A DNA stretch of 32,000 bases from Desulfobulbus propionicus DSM 2032 (lineage in GTDB: Bacteria; Desulfobacterota; Desulfobulbia; Desulfobulbales; Desulfobulbaceae): positions 930,001 to 962,000 of the forward strand of contig NC_014972.1 of the NCBI RefSeq assembly GCF_000186885.1. The letters run 5' to 3'. Under the pieces are notes generated by a model, which saw only the letters and a list, made by a program, of their open reading frames with translations, was not told where the DNA came from and made no database searches. The translations under genes and the position numbers were made by a program. Below are positions 18,912-27,908 of the stretch, in pieces (position 1 is the stretch's first letter; the number at the start of each line of letters is the position of its first letter).

Positions 18912-20684
18912 ATGGTCCGGCCGTCCCGCAATCTCCTTTCCCTTATCCTGTTTATACCGGTCAGTCTGTTGCTGATCGGGTATTTGGTTGTCCGCGAGCA
19001 GTCCACCAAGCGTCCCGAGCAACTGGCGGTCACCACTGCCGGCATGGTCGAAATGTGCCTGAGCTGCCACACCAAAGAGACCTTGGATGGAGCCCATGAT
19101 CGTCTGGTCGTTGGCTGCTCGCCCTGCCATCTGGGAGACCCATTGGCCATTGACAAGGACAAGGCCCATGCGGGCATGGTGCTCAATCCAGGTGACCTGC
19201 GCGTGGCGGCCAAAACCTGCGGGGTCGAGGGGTGCCATCCGGCGGACATCCACAAGGTCAAGCATTCGCTGATGGCCACCAACCGAGGCATTCTCGCCAC
19301 CCTGCTGTACTACTGGGGCGAGCGGGACCACCAGAATGCCGACATAACGGTCGAACAACTGCTCGCCAGCGGCGAGACCTCGCTTGCCCTCGACTATTAC
19401 CGCAAGCTCTGCGCCACCTGTCATTTGTGGAAACAAAAGAACGATCTGCCGGGAGCGCCGGCTTTTTTCAATGAAAAGGGTGGCGGCTGTTCGGCCTGCC
19501 ATTACATTTTGCCGCCGGGCACGCCAAAGAACACGGTGACCTCGGAGATTCCCGCTGCCGAGCAGGAGGCTGCCAGGAAGAATCGTCCCCACCCGCTGGT
19601 GGTCAGGCAGGTGCCGGAGGACAACTGCATCCGCTGCCACAACCGCTCCGGGCGCATCGGTCTCTCCTACACGGGCATCTTTGAGGCCGAGGGGTACGGC
19701 ACCCCGTATGAAAAAGGGCAGCACGCCTCGCAACGGTTGGCCGGCGATCGGTTTTATCTCAAGATCGCCCCGGACATTCACCACGTCAAGGGCATGGCCT
19801 GCATCGATTGTCACACCCGTGACGAGATCATGGGCGACGGCACCAGCTATGCCCATTACGAGGAGCAGCTGGAAATCACCTGCCAGAGCTGCCATGATCC
19901 CAAACCCGGCATGACTCGCAAGCAGAAGCCGCTGACCAATGTCGGCAGCAAGCAGGGCAGGGCGGTACTCACCGGCAAGATCGACGGCAAGGAGCGGCCG
20001 CTCAATCCGCCCCATCCGCAGGCCTGCTTGGCTCCCAGTCACAAGCGGGTGACCTGCGAGGCTTGCCACTCCACCTGGGTGCCGCAATGTTACGGTTGCC
20101 ATGTCAAGCGGGACAAGCGCGATACCCATCTTGACAAACTCACCCTCACGGAAACACCGGGATGGTGGGAAGAGGGGCGCTCCTATATCCGCTACGAAAA
20201 ACCGATGCTCGCGGTTTGGGGCGACGAGGTGGTGGTGGTCACACCCGGCTGCCAGGATTTGGTTACTCTGATCGATGAAAAAGGAAAGTCCGAAGGTGGA
20301 TTCAACCGTTTCACCATGGCCGCGATCAACCCGCACACCATTCAGGCCAAGGGGCGGACCTGCAAGGATTGCCATGCTTCGCCAAAAACCGTGGGGCTCG
20401 GGGAGGGCACCGTGGTCAAGAAGGATGGTCAATGGCAGTTTTTTCCCGTGGATCGAGGGGTGGAGAGCGAGCAGGGACGCACCCCCGGCTTCGACACCTT
20501 TGTCACCATCGACGGCACGCCGCTGCAATATGGTTCGCGTAAGAATCTGCGACCGTTCAACGGTGACGAATTGCGGCGTATCCTCCGGGTCGGACTCTGT
20601 CTGGACTGCCATCAGCGGGCTGACGACCCAGCGTATCGCGACTATGATCGGCATCGATCCTGCCCGGTGTACAAGGAGCCGTGA
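18912..20684 (+). CDS. Membrane-anchored multihaem cytochrome c (12 predicted haem sites)
   Basis: 590 aa with an N-terminal hydrophobic anchor or signal (LLSLILFIPVSLLLIGYLVV). There are 11 CXXCH motifs (CLSCH, CSPCH, CATCH, CSACH, CIRCH, CIDCH, CQSCH, CEACH, CYGCH, CKDCH, CLDCH) and one CX4CH (CGVEGCH). CEACHSTWVPQCYGCH is a paired-CXXCH arrangement. Confidence 0.9.
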   Translation: MVRPSRNLLSLILFIPVSLLLIGYLVVREQSTKRPEQLAVTTAGMVEMCLSCHTKETLDGAHDRLVVGCSPCHLGDPLAIDKDKAHAGMVLNPGDLRVAAKTCGVEGCHPADIHKVKHSLMATNRGILATLLYYWGERDHQNADITVEQLLASGETSLALDYYRKLCATCHLWKQKNDLPGAPAFFNEKGGGCSACHYILPPGTPKNTVTSEIPAAEQEAARKNRPHPLVVRQVPEDNCIRCHNRSGRIGLSYTGIFEAEGYGTPYEKGQHASQRLAGDRFYLKIAPDIHHVKGMACIDCHTRDEIMGDGTSYAHYEEQLEITCQSCHDPKPGMTRKQKPLTNVGSKQGRAVLTGKIDGKERPLNPPHPQACLAPSHKRVTCEACHSTWVPQCYGCHVKRDKRDTHLDKLTLTETPGWWEEGRSYIRYEKPMLAVWGDEVVVVTPGCQDLVTLIDEKGKSEGGFNRFTMAAINPHTIQAKGRTCKDCHASPKTVGLGEGTVVKKDGQWQFFPVDRGVESEQGRTPGFDTFVTIDGTPLQYGSRKNLRPFNGDELRRILRVGLCLDCHQRADDPAYRDYDRHRSCPVYKEP

Positions 20685-20809
20685 ACGGCCTGCGTTTACT
20701 GGGAAAATGTTCGGGACGCAGAGTCTTTGCACTTGTTAAATTTTGCCAAAAGCGTTACAGCGCACTGTTTTTTATTCACCGGAGAACTTTTGTTCACAAA
20801 AGGAGTACA

Positions 20810-22021
20810 ATGATGTTGCCAGAAAAGTTTGTGCTTGCGGAGAGAGTGCTGCAGGTCGCCCCTTCGCCAACGCTTGCCGTCAACGCCAAGGCCAAGGCAC
20901 TCAGGGCCGCGGGTGCGGATATTTTGAATTTCAGCGTCGGGGAGCCGGACCTGCCCACCCCGGCCCATGTGTGCGAGGCCGGCAAGCAGGCCATTGACGA
21001 CGGCTACACCCGTTATACTCCGGTAGCGGGTATCGTGGAGTTACGGGAAGCGGTGTGCGCCAAGTTGCAAAACGATCAGGGGTGGGACTATGCCCCAGAT
21101 CAGGTGCAGGTGAGTTGCGGCGGCAAGCACGGCCTGTACAATATCTTCCAGGCAATCCTCAATCCCGGTGACGAGGTGCTGATTCCCGCGCCCTACTGGG
21201 TGTCCTATCCGCCCATGGTGCAGTTGGCCGGCGGTACCCCAGTGATCGTGCCGCTCAAGGAGGAAAACAACTTTGATTTCGATCCGGCCACCCTGGCCCG
21301 GTATGCCACTCCGAAGACCAAGGCCATCGTGCTCAACAGTCCCTCGAATCCGACCGGAGCCGTGTTTTCCCTGGAGTCCCTGGTAGCGGTTGCCAAGATG
21401 GCCCGTGACCACGGCTGGTTGGTGATCACCGACGACATGTACGAGGAACTGTACTACGCCGAGGGTAAGGTGCCTCACATTCTTCATGCCGATCCGCAGT
21501 TGAAGGATCAGGTTGTGCTCTCCAACGGCGTGTCCAAGTCCTTTGCCATGACCGGTTGGCGGATTGGCTGGTCCGTTGGGCCGATCGAGGTGATCAAGGC
21601 GATGAACAAGATTCAGAGCCAATCGACCTCCAACCCTGCCGCCCCTTCCCAGTACGCGGCCCTTGCCGCCCTGACCGGACCGCAGGATTTTCCTCGTCTG
21701 CTGCGCGAGGCCTTCATCCCCCGCCGGGCCTATTTTGTCAAAGCGCTGGAATCGATCCCCGGAGTGAGCTGCGTGACACCGATGGGGGCTTTTTACGTGT
21801 TCCCCAATTTTTCCGCCTATTACGGGAAATCGTTCAAGGGGCAGGTTATCGACGGATCGGTTGCCCTGGCTGACTATTTTCTCGGCGAGGCCAAGGTGGC
21901 CTCGGTACCCGGTGCCGCTTTTGGCGCCGATGCCTTTATCCGCTTCTCCTTTGCCACCTCGATGGAACGGATCGAAAAGGGCATGGAGCGAATCAAGCAG
22001 GCCCTCGCCAATTTGCGCTAA
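20810..22021 (+). CDS. Class-I pyridoxal-phosphate aminotransferase (aspartate/aromatic aminotransferase-like)
   Basis: I prefer the ATG at 20810, which has AAAGGAG upstream, inside ORF 20681..22021. Conserved blocks are LNFSVGEPDLPTP, YTPVAGIVELREA, PGDEVLIPAPYWVSYP, NSPSNPTGAV, and the PLP-lysine context SNGVSKSFAMTGWRIGW. Confidence 0.9.
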   Translation: MMLPEKFVLAERVLQVAPSPTLAVNAKAKALRAAGADILNFSVGEPDLPTPAHVCEAGKQAIDDGYTRYTPVAGIVELREAVCAKLQNDQGWDYAPDQVQVSCGGKHGLYNIFQAILNPGDEVLIPAPYWVSYPPMVQLAGGTPVIVPLKEENNFDFDPATLARYATPKTKAIVLNSPSNPTGAVFSLESLVAVAKMARDHGWLVITDDMYEELYYAEGKVPHILHADPQLKDQVVLSNGVSKSFAMTGWRIGWSVGPIEVIKAMNKIQSQSTSNPAAPSQYAALAALTGPQDFPRLLREAFIPRRAYFVKALESIPGVSCVTPMGAFYVFPNFSAYYGKSFKGQVIDGSVALADYFLGEAKVASVPGAAFGADAFIRFSFATSMERIEKGMERIKQALANLR

Positions 22022-22038
22022 CCGCTTTCACAAAAAAA

Positions 22039-22076
22039 ATCCGGGCAGAACAATAGTTCTGTCCGGATTTTTTTTG
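22039..22076. terminator. Bidirectional Rho-independent terminator
   Basis: A8, then ATCCGGGCAGAAC-AATA-GTTCTGTCCGGAT (one G-U pair), then T9. The A-run and T-run flank the stem, so it can terminate both convergent genes (the aminotransferase on + and the LysR gene on -). Confidence 0.8.
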
Positions 22077-22128
22077 TGTGCTTGCACCTGGTCGCTCCTT
22101 CCGCGTGAGGGGAAGGGGTGAGAGGTGT

Positions 22129-23121
22129 TTATTTGCTCGTTGGTGAGGACAGGTCCTTGTCCAGTTTGCTCTTGGCTAACAGGGACTGCAGTTTCCAGGG
22201 TGAGGACAAACACTCCCGGCCCAGATGATTTTCCGCCACCACCTCGCAGAACCGGAGAAATTCGGCCATCAGCCGGGTGATGATCTTGTCTTTGTGTTGG
22301 ATGATCCATAACTGTCGGCTCATGTCCATCCCTTCGATGGGCAAAATCTTCAGCCAACCCTCTTCCGCTTCCCGACAGACGGTGAGCATGGATAGGCAGG
22401 CCGCGCCAACTCCGGACTCCACCGCCTTCTTGATGGCCTCGGTGTGCCCGGTTTTGGTGACCACCTTGAGCAACGAGGCGTAGCGGCCAAGTTTTTTGGT
22501 GAAAATTTCAGCAGTTCCCGAACCCTCTTCCCGCATCACCCAACTGGTTTCCTTGAGATCGTCGGGAATGATGAAGGTCGCGCGGTCGGCGAGTTTGTGG
22601 TTTGCACTGACGATGATCCCCAACTCGTCCTCAAACCACGAGGTGGCCACCAGGGAGTCGACGTTGATATCCCCTTCGACGAATCCGAGATCGGCCTGGC
22701 CGGTGGCCACCAGCTTTTCCGCGGTCATGGTGTTGACGACCAGCATATTGATGTGGGCCTCGGGATGGAGCCGCATGAAGGCGCCGATCAGATAGGGCAG
22801 TACATAGTTGCCGATGGTCGAACTGGCAACGATCTCCAGCACGCCGGCGACGGTGTCCTGCTGTTCGGTGAGGATGGTTTCAATGTTGGCCACTTGGTGC
22901 AGGATAGCCTTAGACAGGGGGAGAAGGTAGCGTCCACGGTCGTTGAGCAGCAGACTGCGGCCATGCCGGTCAAACAGGGGGCCGCCCAATTGATTCTCCA
23001 ACTCGCCAAGGGCCATGCTCACCGCAGACTGGGTGAGCAGGAGTTTCTTGCTGGCCCGGGTTACCTGCTGCGTTTCAGCGACCGCGATGAATATTTCCAG
23101 TTGTCTGAAGGTGATAGCCAT
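22129..23121 (-). CDS. LysR-family transcriptional regulator
   Basis: 330 aa. The N-terminal wHTH reads MAITFRQLEIFIAVAETQQVTRASKKLLLTQSAVSMALGELENQLGGPLFDR, followed by a LysR substrate-binding fold. It is divergent from nuoA. Confidence 0.93.
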   Translation of the reverse strand: MAITFRQLEIFIAVAETQQVTRASKKLLLTQSAVSMALGELENQLGGPLFDRHGRSLLLNDRGRYLLPLSKAILHQVANIETILTEQQDTVAGVLEIVASSTIGNYVLPYLIGAFMRLHPEAHINMLVVNTMTAEKLVATGQADLGFVEGDINVDSLVATSWFEDELGIIVSANHKLADRATFIIPDDLKETSWVMREEGSGTAEIFTKKLGRYASLLKVVTKTGHTEAIKKAVESGVGAACLSMLTVCREAEEGWLKILPIEGMDMSRQLWIIQHKDKIITRLMAEFLRFCEVVAENHLGRECLSSPWKLQSLLAKSKLDKDLSSPTSK

Positions 23122-23136
23122 GAACTCTCTTTCGTA

Positions 23137-23149
23137 TCAATGTGATTGA
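23137..23149. promoter_or_regulatory. Dyad TCAAT-N3-ATTGA (T-N11-A format) in the LysR leader
   Basis: TCAATGTGATTGA lies 16 bp upstream of the LysR start codon. It fits the generic LTTR T-N11-A dyad and is a possible autoregulatory site. Confidence 0.2.
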
Positions 23150-23266
23150 ACATACTCATGATCGGAATTGAAAAATTAGCGCTAAACTAACACCTTCAAA
23201 AAATAGGTCAATGACTTTTAGGCGGCGTACCGCAATATTCACGGGGAACCAATCAAGAAATGAGTC

Positions 23267-23281
23267 ATTATTTGCAATAAT
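23267..23281. promoter_or_regulatory. LTTR-box-like dyad ATTATT-N3-AATAAT (contains TTA-N7-TAA)
   Basis: ATTATTTGCAATAAT sits immediately upstream of the candidate nuoA -35 element. It is adjacent to a second palindrome, AATGAGTCATT (23259-23269). Confidence 0.3.
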
Positions 23282-23286
23282 TATAC

Positions 23287-23315
23287 TTGACATCAAAAAC
23301 GCTTTTCAGTAGTTT
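23287..23315 (+). promoter_or_regulatory. Candidate sigma70-type promoter of the nuo operon
   Basis: TTGACA (23287-23292), a 17-bp spacer and TAGTTT (23310-23315), located in the AT-rich 262-bp LysR-nuoA intergenic region. Confidence 0.35.
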
Positions 23316-23383
23316 AATAAGATGTGCTGATTAAACACATCAGTTGGATTGATGCTGGCGGCGCTGTCGTCGAGGAGAAAAAG

Positions 23384-23791
23384 ATGGACCAAGTTGTTCT
23401 TACCAACATCATTTATGTCACCCTGTTTCTGATCGGGGCACTGCTGTTCGGTTTTGGGCCGATCATCATCGTCAAGCTGCTCAGCCCCTCGTCCCACACC
23501 CGGCAGACTGCCGGACGGACCGGGCAGTTGATCGAGTGCGGCATGGAACCCATAGGCAGCGCCTGGATTCGATTCGGGATCATCTATTATCTCTATGCCC
23601 TCATTTTTCTCGCCTTTGATGTCGACGTGCTGTTTCTATTTCCGGTGGCCGTCGCCTACAACAGTCCGGAACTGGGAATGCGGGATTTTTTCGAGGTTCT
23701 GCTGTTTGTCGCCATTCTTTCATTAGCCATCGTCTATGCCTGGCGTAAAGGAGTGTTCACGTGGGAGAAGAAATCGTACCTTCATCAATAG
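23384..23791 (+). CDS. nuoA: NADH:quinone oxidoreductase (complex I-type) subunit A
   Basis: I prefer the ATG at 23384, which has GAGGAG upstream. The product has 3 TM helices and the NuoA core [37 protein letters not shown]. Confidence 0.9.
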   Translation: MDQVVLTNIIYVTLFLIGALLFGFGPIIIVKLLSPSSHTRQTAGRTGQLIECGMEPIGSAWIRFGIIYYLYALIFLAFDVDVLFLFPVAVAYNSPELGMRDFFEVLLFVAILSLAIVYAWRKGVFTWEKKSYLHQ

Positions 23792-24258
23792 TGCAGTTCG
23801 CCCAGCTCGACAAACTGCTCAATCTCGGCCGGGCCAATTCGCTCTGGCCCATGACCTTCGGGCTTGCCTGCTGCGCCATTGAAATGATGTGCACCGGTGG
23901 TTCCCGCTACGACATCTCCCGCTTCGGCGCCGAGGTTTTCCGACCTTCGCCCCGGCAGAGTGATGTGATGATCGTCGCCGGGACCATCAACAAGAAGCTG
24001 GAACTGGCGGTCAAGACCCTGTACGACCAGATGCCCGAGCCCAAGTGGGTGATTGCCATGGGCAACTGCGCCATATCCGGCGGCCCGTTCAAGGTCAAGG
24101 AAAACTACAACGTGGTAGAGGGAGCGGACAAGCTGTTTCCGGTGGATGTGTACATTCCCGGGTGCCCGCCGCGTCCCGAGGCCCTGCTCGAAGGCATCAT
24201 GGCCCTTGAGGAAAAGATTACCGGCAAGCGTCGCTGGCCGCGGGTGCAGGCAGGCTGA
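23761..24258 (+). CDS. nuoB: Complex I subunit B (N2 Fe-S subunit)
   Basis: [15 protein letters not shown]…[11 protein letters not shown]…[12 protein letters not shown] supplies the four Cys ligands of cluster N2. The start is GTG 23761 (31-nt overlap with nuoA) or GTG 23791 (1-nt overlap). Confidence 0.93.
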   Translation: MGEEIVPSSIVQFAQLDKLLNLGRANSLWPMTFGLACCAIEMMCTGGSRYDISRFGAEVFRPSPRQSDVMIVAGTINKKLELAVKTLYDQMPEPKWVIAMGNCAISGGPFKVKENYNVVEGADKLFPVDVYIPGCPPRPEALLEGIMALEEKITGKRRWPRVQAG

Positions 24259-24272
24259 ATCGGAGATACTCT

Positions 24273-24779
24273 ATGGATTTGCTTGAAAAAACGGAAAAGG
24301 CTCTGCGTGCTCTTTTTCCCGAAACAGCTCCAGTCGCCGTCTCGGCAGAGGAAGGCGACGTGGCGACGGCCACGCGAACCGAACCCATTCTGACCACCGA
24401 TCCTGCCCGGCACGGCCACCATCTCGATGTTCTTTGCAAGCCCGACCAAGTGGTGGCGGTGGCCCGGGTTATGGACAGCGAAGGGTATTTTCTCGAATCC
24501 ATTTCCGGAGTCGACTGGATAGACCGGCAGCAGCTCGAGATTCTTTACGACTACAATCGGTTGGGTGGCGCGCATTGCCGAGTTATGGTCCGCACGCTGG
24601 TGCCCCGCAGCGGACCGGTGGTACCGACTATCTCCGCGATATTCCCCTCGGCTGATTGGCACGAGCGCGAAACCTATGACTTTTATGGCGTGCACTTCCA
24701 GGATCATCCCAACCTGATCCGCATTCTCCTGCCGGAAGATGCCGATTTTCATCCTCTTCTCAAGGATTTTATGCCATGA
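24273..24779 (+). CDS. nuoC: Complex I subunit C (30-kDa subunit family)
   Basis: 168 aa. It has the conserved C-terminal block SAIFPSADWHERETYDFYGVHFQDHPNLIRILLPED. The stop overlaps the nuoD start (ATGA at 24776-24779). Confidence 0.88.
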   Translation: MDLLEKTEKALRALFPETAPVAVSAEEGDVATATRTEPILTTDPARHGHHLDVLCKPDQVVAVARVMDSEGYFLESISGVDWIDRQQLEILYDYNRLGGAHCRVMVRTLVPRSGPVVPTISAIFPSADWHERETYDFYGVHFQDHPNLIRILLPEDADFHPLLKDFMP

Positions 24780-25894
24780 CCGTTCCTGTTCATCTGCGGC
24801 ATGATGAAACCTTTGTCCTCAACCTGGGGCCGCAACATCCGGCCACCCACGGCGTGCTCCGCGTCAAGCTCACCATGGACGGCGAGTACATCGTCAAGGC
24901 CGAGCCGGTTCTAGGCTACATTCATCGTATGCATGAGAAGTTGGCGGAAGGCGGCACTTTTGCCCAGTTCATGCCCAATACCGCGCGCATGGATTATCTC
25001 CATGCCCTGGCTTTCAACCATGGTTGGGCCCTGGTGGTCGAAAAAGCGGCCGGTATCGAGGTGCCCGAGCGGGCCGAGTATATCCGGGTGATCACGGTCG
25101 AGCTCAACCGCATCGCCAGCCATCTCTTGTGGTGGGCGGCGTTTCTGCTCGATCTCGGCGGATTTACCCCGTTGCTCTATGCCTTTGACGACCGCGAGAA
25201 GATCATCGACCTGCTCGAACGGATCACCGGCTCCCGGCTCACCTATTGCTACATGCGCTTTGGCGGCGTGTACAACGACATTGATGACGAGTTCATCGCC
25301 GGCACCCGCGCGTTCATCAAGCGGCTGCGCGGCCGAATGCCCCGTCTCTACCACGACCTGGTCACCCACAATATTATCCTGATCAAGCGCATCAAGGATA
25401 TCGGCTTTGTCAGCGCCGACCAGTGCCGCCGCTATGGCGCCACCGGCCCGGTGGCGCGCGGTTCGGGAATTCATTACGATATCCGCAAGAACGAGCCCTA
25501 CTCGGTCTATCCAGAGTTCGACTTCGATATCCCGGTTTTTAACGAGGGCGATTCCATGGCCCGCTATATGGTGCGCATGCACGAGATGGAACAGTCGATG
25601 CGCATTATCGAGCAGGCCCTGGATAAACTGCCCGGAGGCCCGGTGATGGGCAAGGTGTCGAAGATGCTCAAGCCCGAGGCGGGTTACTATTATTCGGCGG
25701 TGGAGACGGCGCGTGGTTCGCTCGGCCATCGCCTGGTCTGCAATGGCGACAAGAATCCCTACAAACTCAAGTTGCGCTCGCCAACCTTCTGTAATTTGAG
25801 CCTATTTGGCGAAGTGGCCGAGGGCATGCTCCTGGCCGATGCGCTGGCCTTCATGGGTAGCCTGGATCTGGTCATCCCCGAAATCGACCGCTGA
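24776..25894 (+). CDS. nuoD: Complex I subunit D (49-kDa subunit family)
   Basis: 372 aa. It has LNLGPQHPATHGVLRV (no hydrogenase-type CxxC), GYIHRMHEKLAE, a middle block RGSGIHYDIRK, and a C-terminal SLDLVIPEIDR. Confidence 0.93.
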   Translation: MTVPVHLRHDETFVLNLGPQHPATHGVLRVKLTMDGEYIVKAEPVLGYIHRMHEKLAEGGTFAQFMPNTARMDYLHALAFNHGWALVVEKAAGIEVPERAEYIRVITVELNRIASHLLWWAAFLLDLGGFTPLLYAFDDREKIIDLLERITGSRLTYCYMRFGGVYNDIDDEFIAGTRAFIKRLRGRMPRLYHDLVTHNIILIKRIKDIGFVSADQCRRYGATGPVARGSGIHYDIRKNEPYSVYPEFDFDIPVFNEGDSMARYMVRMHEMEQSMRIIEQALDKLPGGPVMGKVSKMLKPEAGYYYSAVETARGSLGHRLVCNGDKNPYKLKLRSPTFCNLSLFGEVAEGMLLADALAFMGSLDLVIPEIDR

Positions 25895-25912
25895 TCGGGA
25901 GAGGAAGAAAAT

Positions 25913-26905
25913 ATGGAAACAAGTATGTGGCGTGCCCTGATCTATCTGGTGGGCATCATGGCCTTTGCCGGCGTCAACGCCGCCTGGTTGGGCTGGTGTG
26001 AGCGGAAGGGGGCCGCCCGCATTCAGCGGCGGATCGGACCTTGCGAGGCTGGATTCGCCGGACTGTTGCAACCGCTCGCCGACGGCCTCAAATTGCTCAG
26101 CAAGCAACTGCTGGTGCCGCAAGGGGTCGATGGCATCGTTTTTCGGGTGGCTCCGGTCCTGGCGATGATTCCAGCCATCACCTCCATGGTGGTGATCCCT
26201 TTTTCCGACAACATCGGCGCCCGGGCCATGGAGCTCTCGGTTCTGTTGCTTTTTGCTCTGGCCTCCATCGGCATGATGGCCATCCTGCTCGGTGGCTGGG
26301 CCTCGGGCAACAAGTACGCGATCATCTCGGCCGCTCGTTCAGTGTCGCAGAATCTAGCCTACGAGATTCCCATGCTGCTGACCGTGATCACCGTGGTGCT
26401 GATCTCTGGGTCCATGAACCTGCGTGAGATCGCCATCGACCAGCAGGGCGGCTTCTGGCACTGGAACATCTTCCGCCTGGAAAACGGTCATTTCCTGACC
26501 ATGTGGATCTCGTTCATCATCTTCTTCATCTGCTCGGTGGCCGAAACCAACCGCGCGCCCTTTGACATGGCCGAGGCCGAGAGCGAGCTGGTGGCTGGTT
26601 TCATGACCGAGTACGGTTCCATGGGCTTTGGCCTGTTCATGATGGGTGAGTACCTCAATATCGTGGTCGGAGCCTGTCTGACCGCCACTCTTTTTCTCGG
26701 CGGTTGGGACTGCCCCTTTGGCCTGACACCGGGCATTTGGTGGTTTTTGCTCAAGATTTACATCCTGATCTTTACCTTTATCTGGATCCGCTGGACCTAC
26801 CCCCGGACCCAGATCTACCGGCTCTTGAACCTGAGCTGGAAAATTCTGATTCCTTTCTCGCTGGTCAATCTGTTGATTACTGCGGCCCTGATCAAGGTAT
26901 TCTGA
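25913..26905 (+). CDS. nuoH: Complex I subunit H
   Basis: 330 aa and polytopic. It has ERKGAARIQRRIGP, LLQPLADGLKLL and the NuoH signature VAETNRAPFDMAEAESELVAGFMTEY. Confidence 0.95.
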   Translation: METSMWRALIYLVGIMAFAGVNAAWLGWCERKGAARIQRRIGPCEAGFAGLLQPLADGLKLLSKQLLVPQGVDGIVFRVAPVLAMIPAITSMVVIPFSDNIGARAMELSVLLLFALASIGMMAILLGGWASGNKYAIISAARSVSQNLAYEIPMLLTVITVVLISGSMNLREIAIDQQGGFWHWNIFRLENGHFLTMWISFIIFFICSVAETNRAPFDMAEAESELVAGFMTEYGSMGFGLFMMGEYLNIVVGACLTATLFLGGWDCPFGLTPGIWWFLLKIYILIFTFIWIRWTYPRTQIYRLLNLSWKILIPFSLVNLLITAALIKVF

Positions 26906-26907
26906 AT

Positions 26908-27363
26908 ATGAGTGGTTATTGGAGCGATATTTTCACCGGCAGCAAGAGTCTGCTTACCGGCCTGGCCATCACGGCCCGGGAGTTCTTCAAGCCGGTGGTG
27001 ACCGAACAGTACCCCTGGGAAGTCCCGACCATGACGCCGCTGTTTCGCGGCCACATCGAGTTGATCGGCAACGAGGAGACCGGCGCGCCCAACTGCGTGG
27101 TCTGCGGCATGTGCCAACGGGCCTGTCCTTCCCAATGTATCAGTCTGGACGGAAAGAAGAACGAGAGCGGCAAGGGCAAGGTCCTGACACGGTATGTCCT
27201 TGATTTTACCAAGTGCAGCCTGTGCGGTTCCTGTGTGGAAAGCTGTAACTTCAATGCGCTGCGCTTTTCGAAAGAGTACAACCTGGTCAGCTTTGACAAG
27301 AAGGACTTCATGACCATGGATCTCATGCAACGGTTGGAGGACCAGAACGGATGCAAGCACTAA
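26908..27363 (+). CDS. nuoI: Complex I subunit I (2x[4Fe-4S] ferredoxin-type)
   Basis: I prefer the ATG at 26908 inside ORF 26704..27363. The product has YPWE and two cluster motifs, CVVCGMCQRACP and CSLCGSCVESCN. Confidence 0.92.
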   Translation: MSGYWSDIFTGSKSLLTGLAITAREFFKPVVTEQYPWEVPTMTPLFRGHIELIGNEETGAPNCVVCGMCQRACPSQCISLDGKKNESGKGKVLTRYVLDFTKCSLCGSCVESCNFNALRFSKEYNLVSFDKKDFMTMDLMQRLEDQNGCKH

Positions 27364-27905
27364 TCTGTCAACCGGTCGCCGCCCCGGCGCTCCTGTCGGC
27401 CGAAGGCGCGGTGGGCATTATTTTTTTGCTGACCGTGGCCTTGGTGGTGATCGGTGCCCTGATCGCCGTCAACGCGCGGCGGTTGGTCCGTGCTGTCGCC
27501 GGCCTAGCCGTCTGCTTCACTGGCCTGGCCGGCGTCTATTACTTTCTGCTCAGCCCTTTCCTGGCCATGATGCAGATGCTGATCTACGTGGGCGCGGTCT
27601 CGATCCTGATCGCCTTCGGTATCATGATGGCCACGCCGGAGGAACAACAGACTCCGGGCATGAAACATCGGTCCGCCTTGGCTGGACCACTGGCCTTCAG
27701 CGTGGCTGCGCTGATCTTCGCCGCTTTGACCCTGCTGGGCCTCAAAACCCAGTGGCAGGTGTTCCCGCGACAAGGCTCCTTTGACATCAAGGCGGTGGGC
27801 ATGTCGCTCTTGACCACCCACGGCATGGTTTTTGAACTTATTTCCATCGTCCTGCTCCTGGCCATCATCGGCGCCTTGGTGCTTGCACAGAGGGGGAGAA
27901 ATTAA
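27351..27905 (+). CDS. nuoJ: Complex I subunit J
   Basis: 184 aa with 5 TM-like segments. The conserved block is FLAMMQMLIYVGAVSILIAFGIMM. It overlaps the end of nuoI by 13 nt. Confidence 0.88.
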   Translation: MQALICQPVAAPALLSAEGAVGIIFLLTVALVVIGALIAVNARRLVRAVAGLAVCFTGLAGVYYFLLSPFLAMMQMLIYVGAVSILIAFGIMMATPEEQQTPGMKHRSALAGPLAFSVAALIFAALTLLGLKTQWQVFPRQGSFDIKAVGMSLLTTHGMVFELISIVLLLAIIGALVLAQRGRN

Positions 27906-27908
27906 CCG

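Noticed and set aside
18900-20732. 610-aa minus-strand ORF almost exactly co-extensive with the cytochrome gene
   Set aside because: This is an antisense shadow ORF, as is typical of GC-rich coding DNA. Its translation is low-complexity and G/A/R/L/V-rich with no recognisable motif, whereas the plus strand carries 12 haem-binding motifs and a signal anchor.
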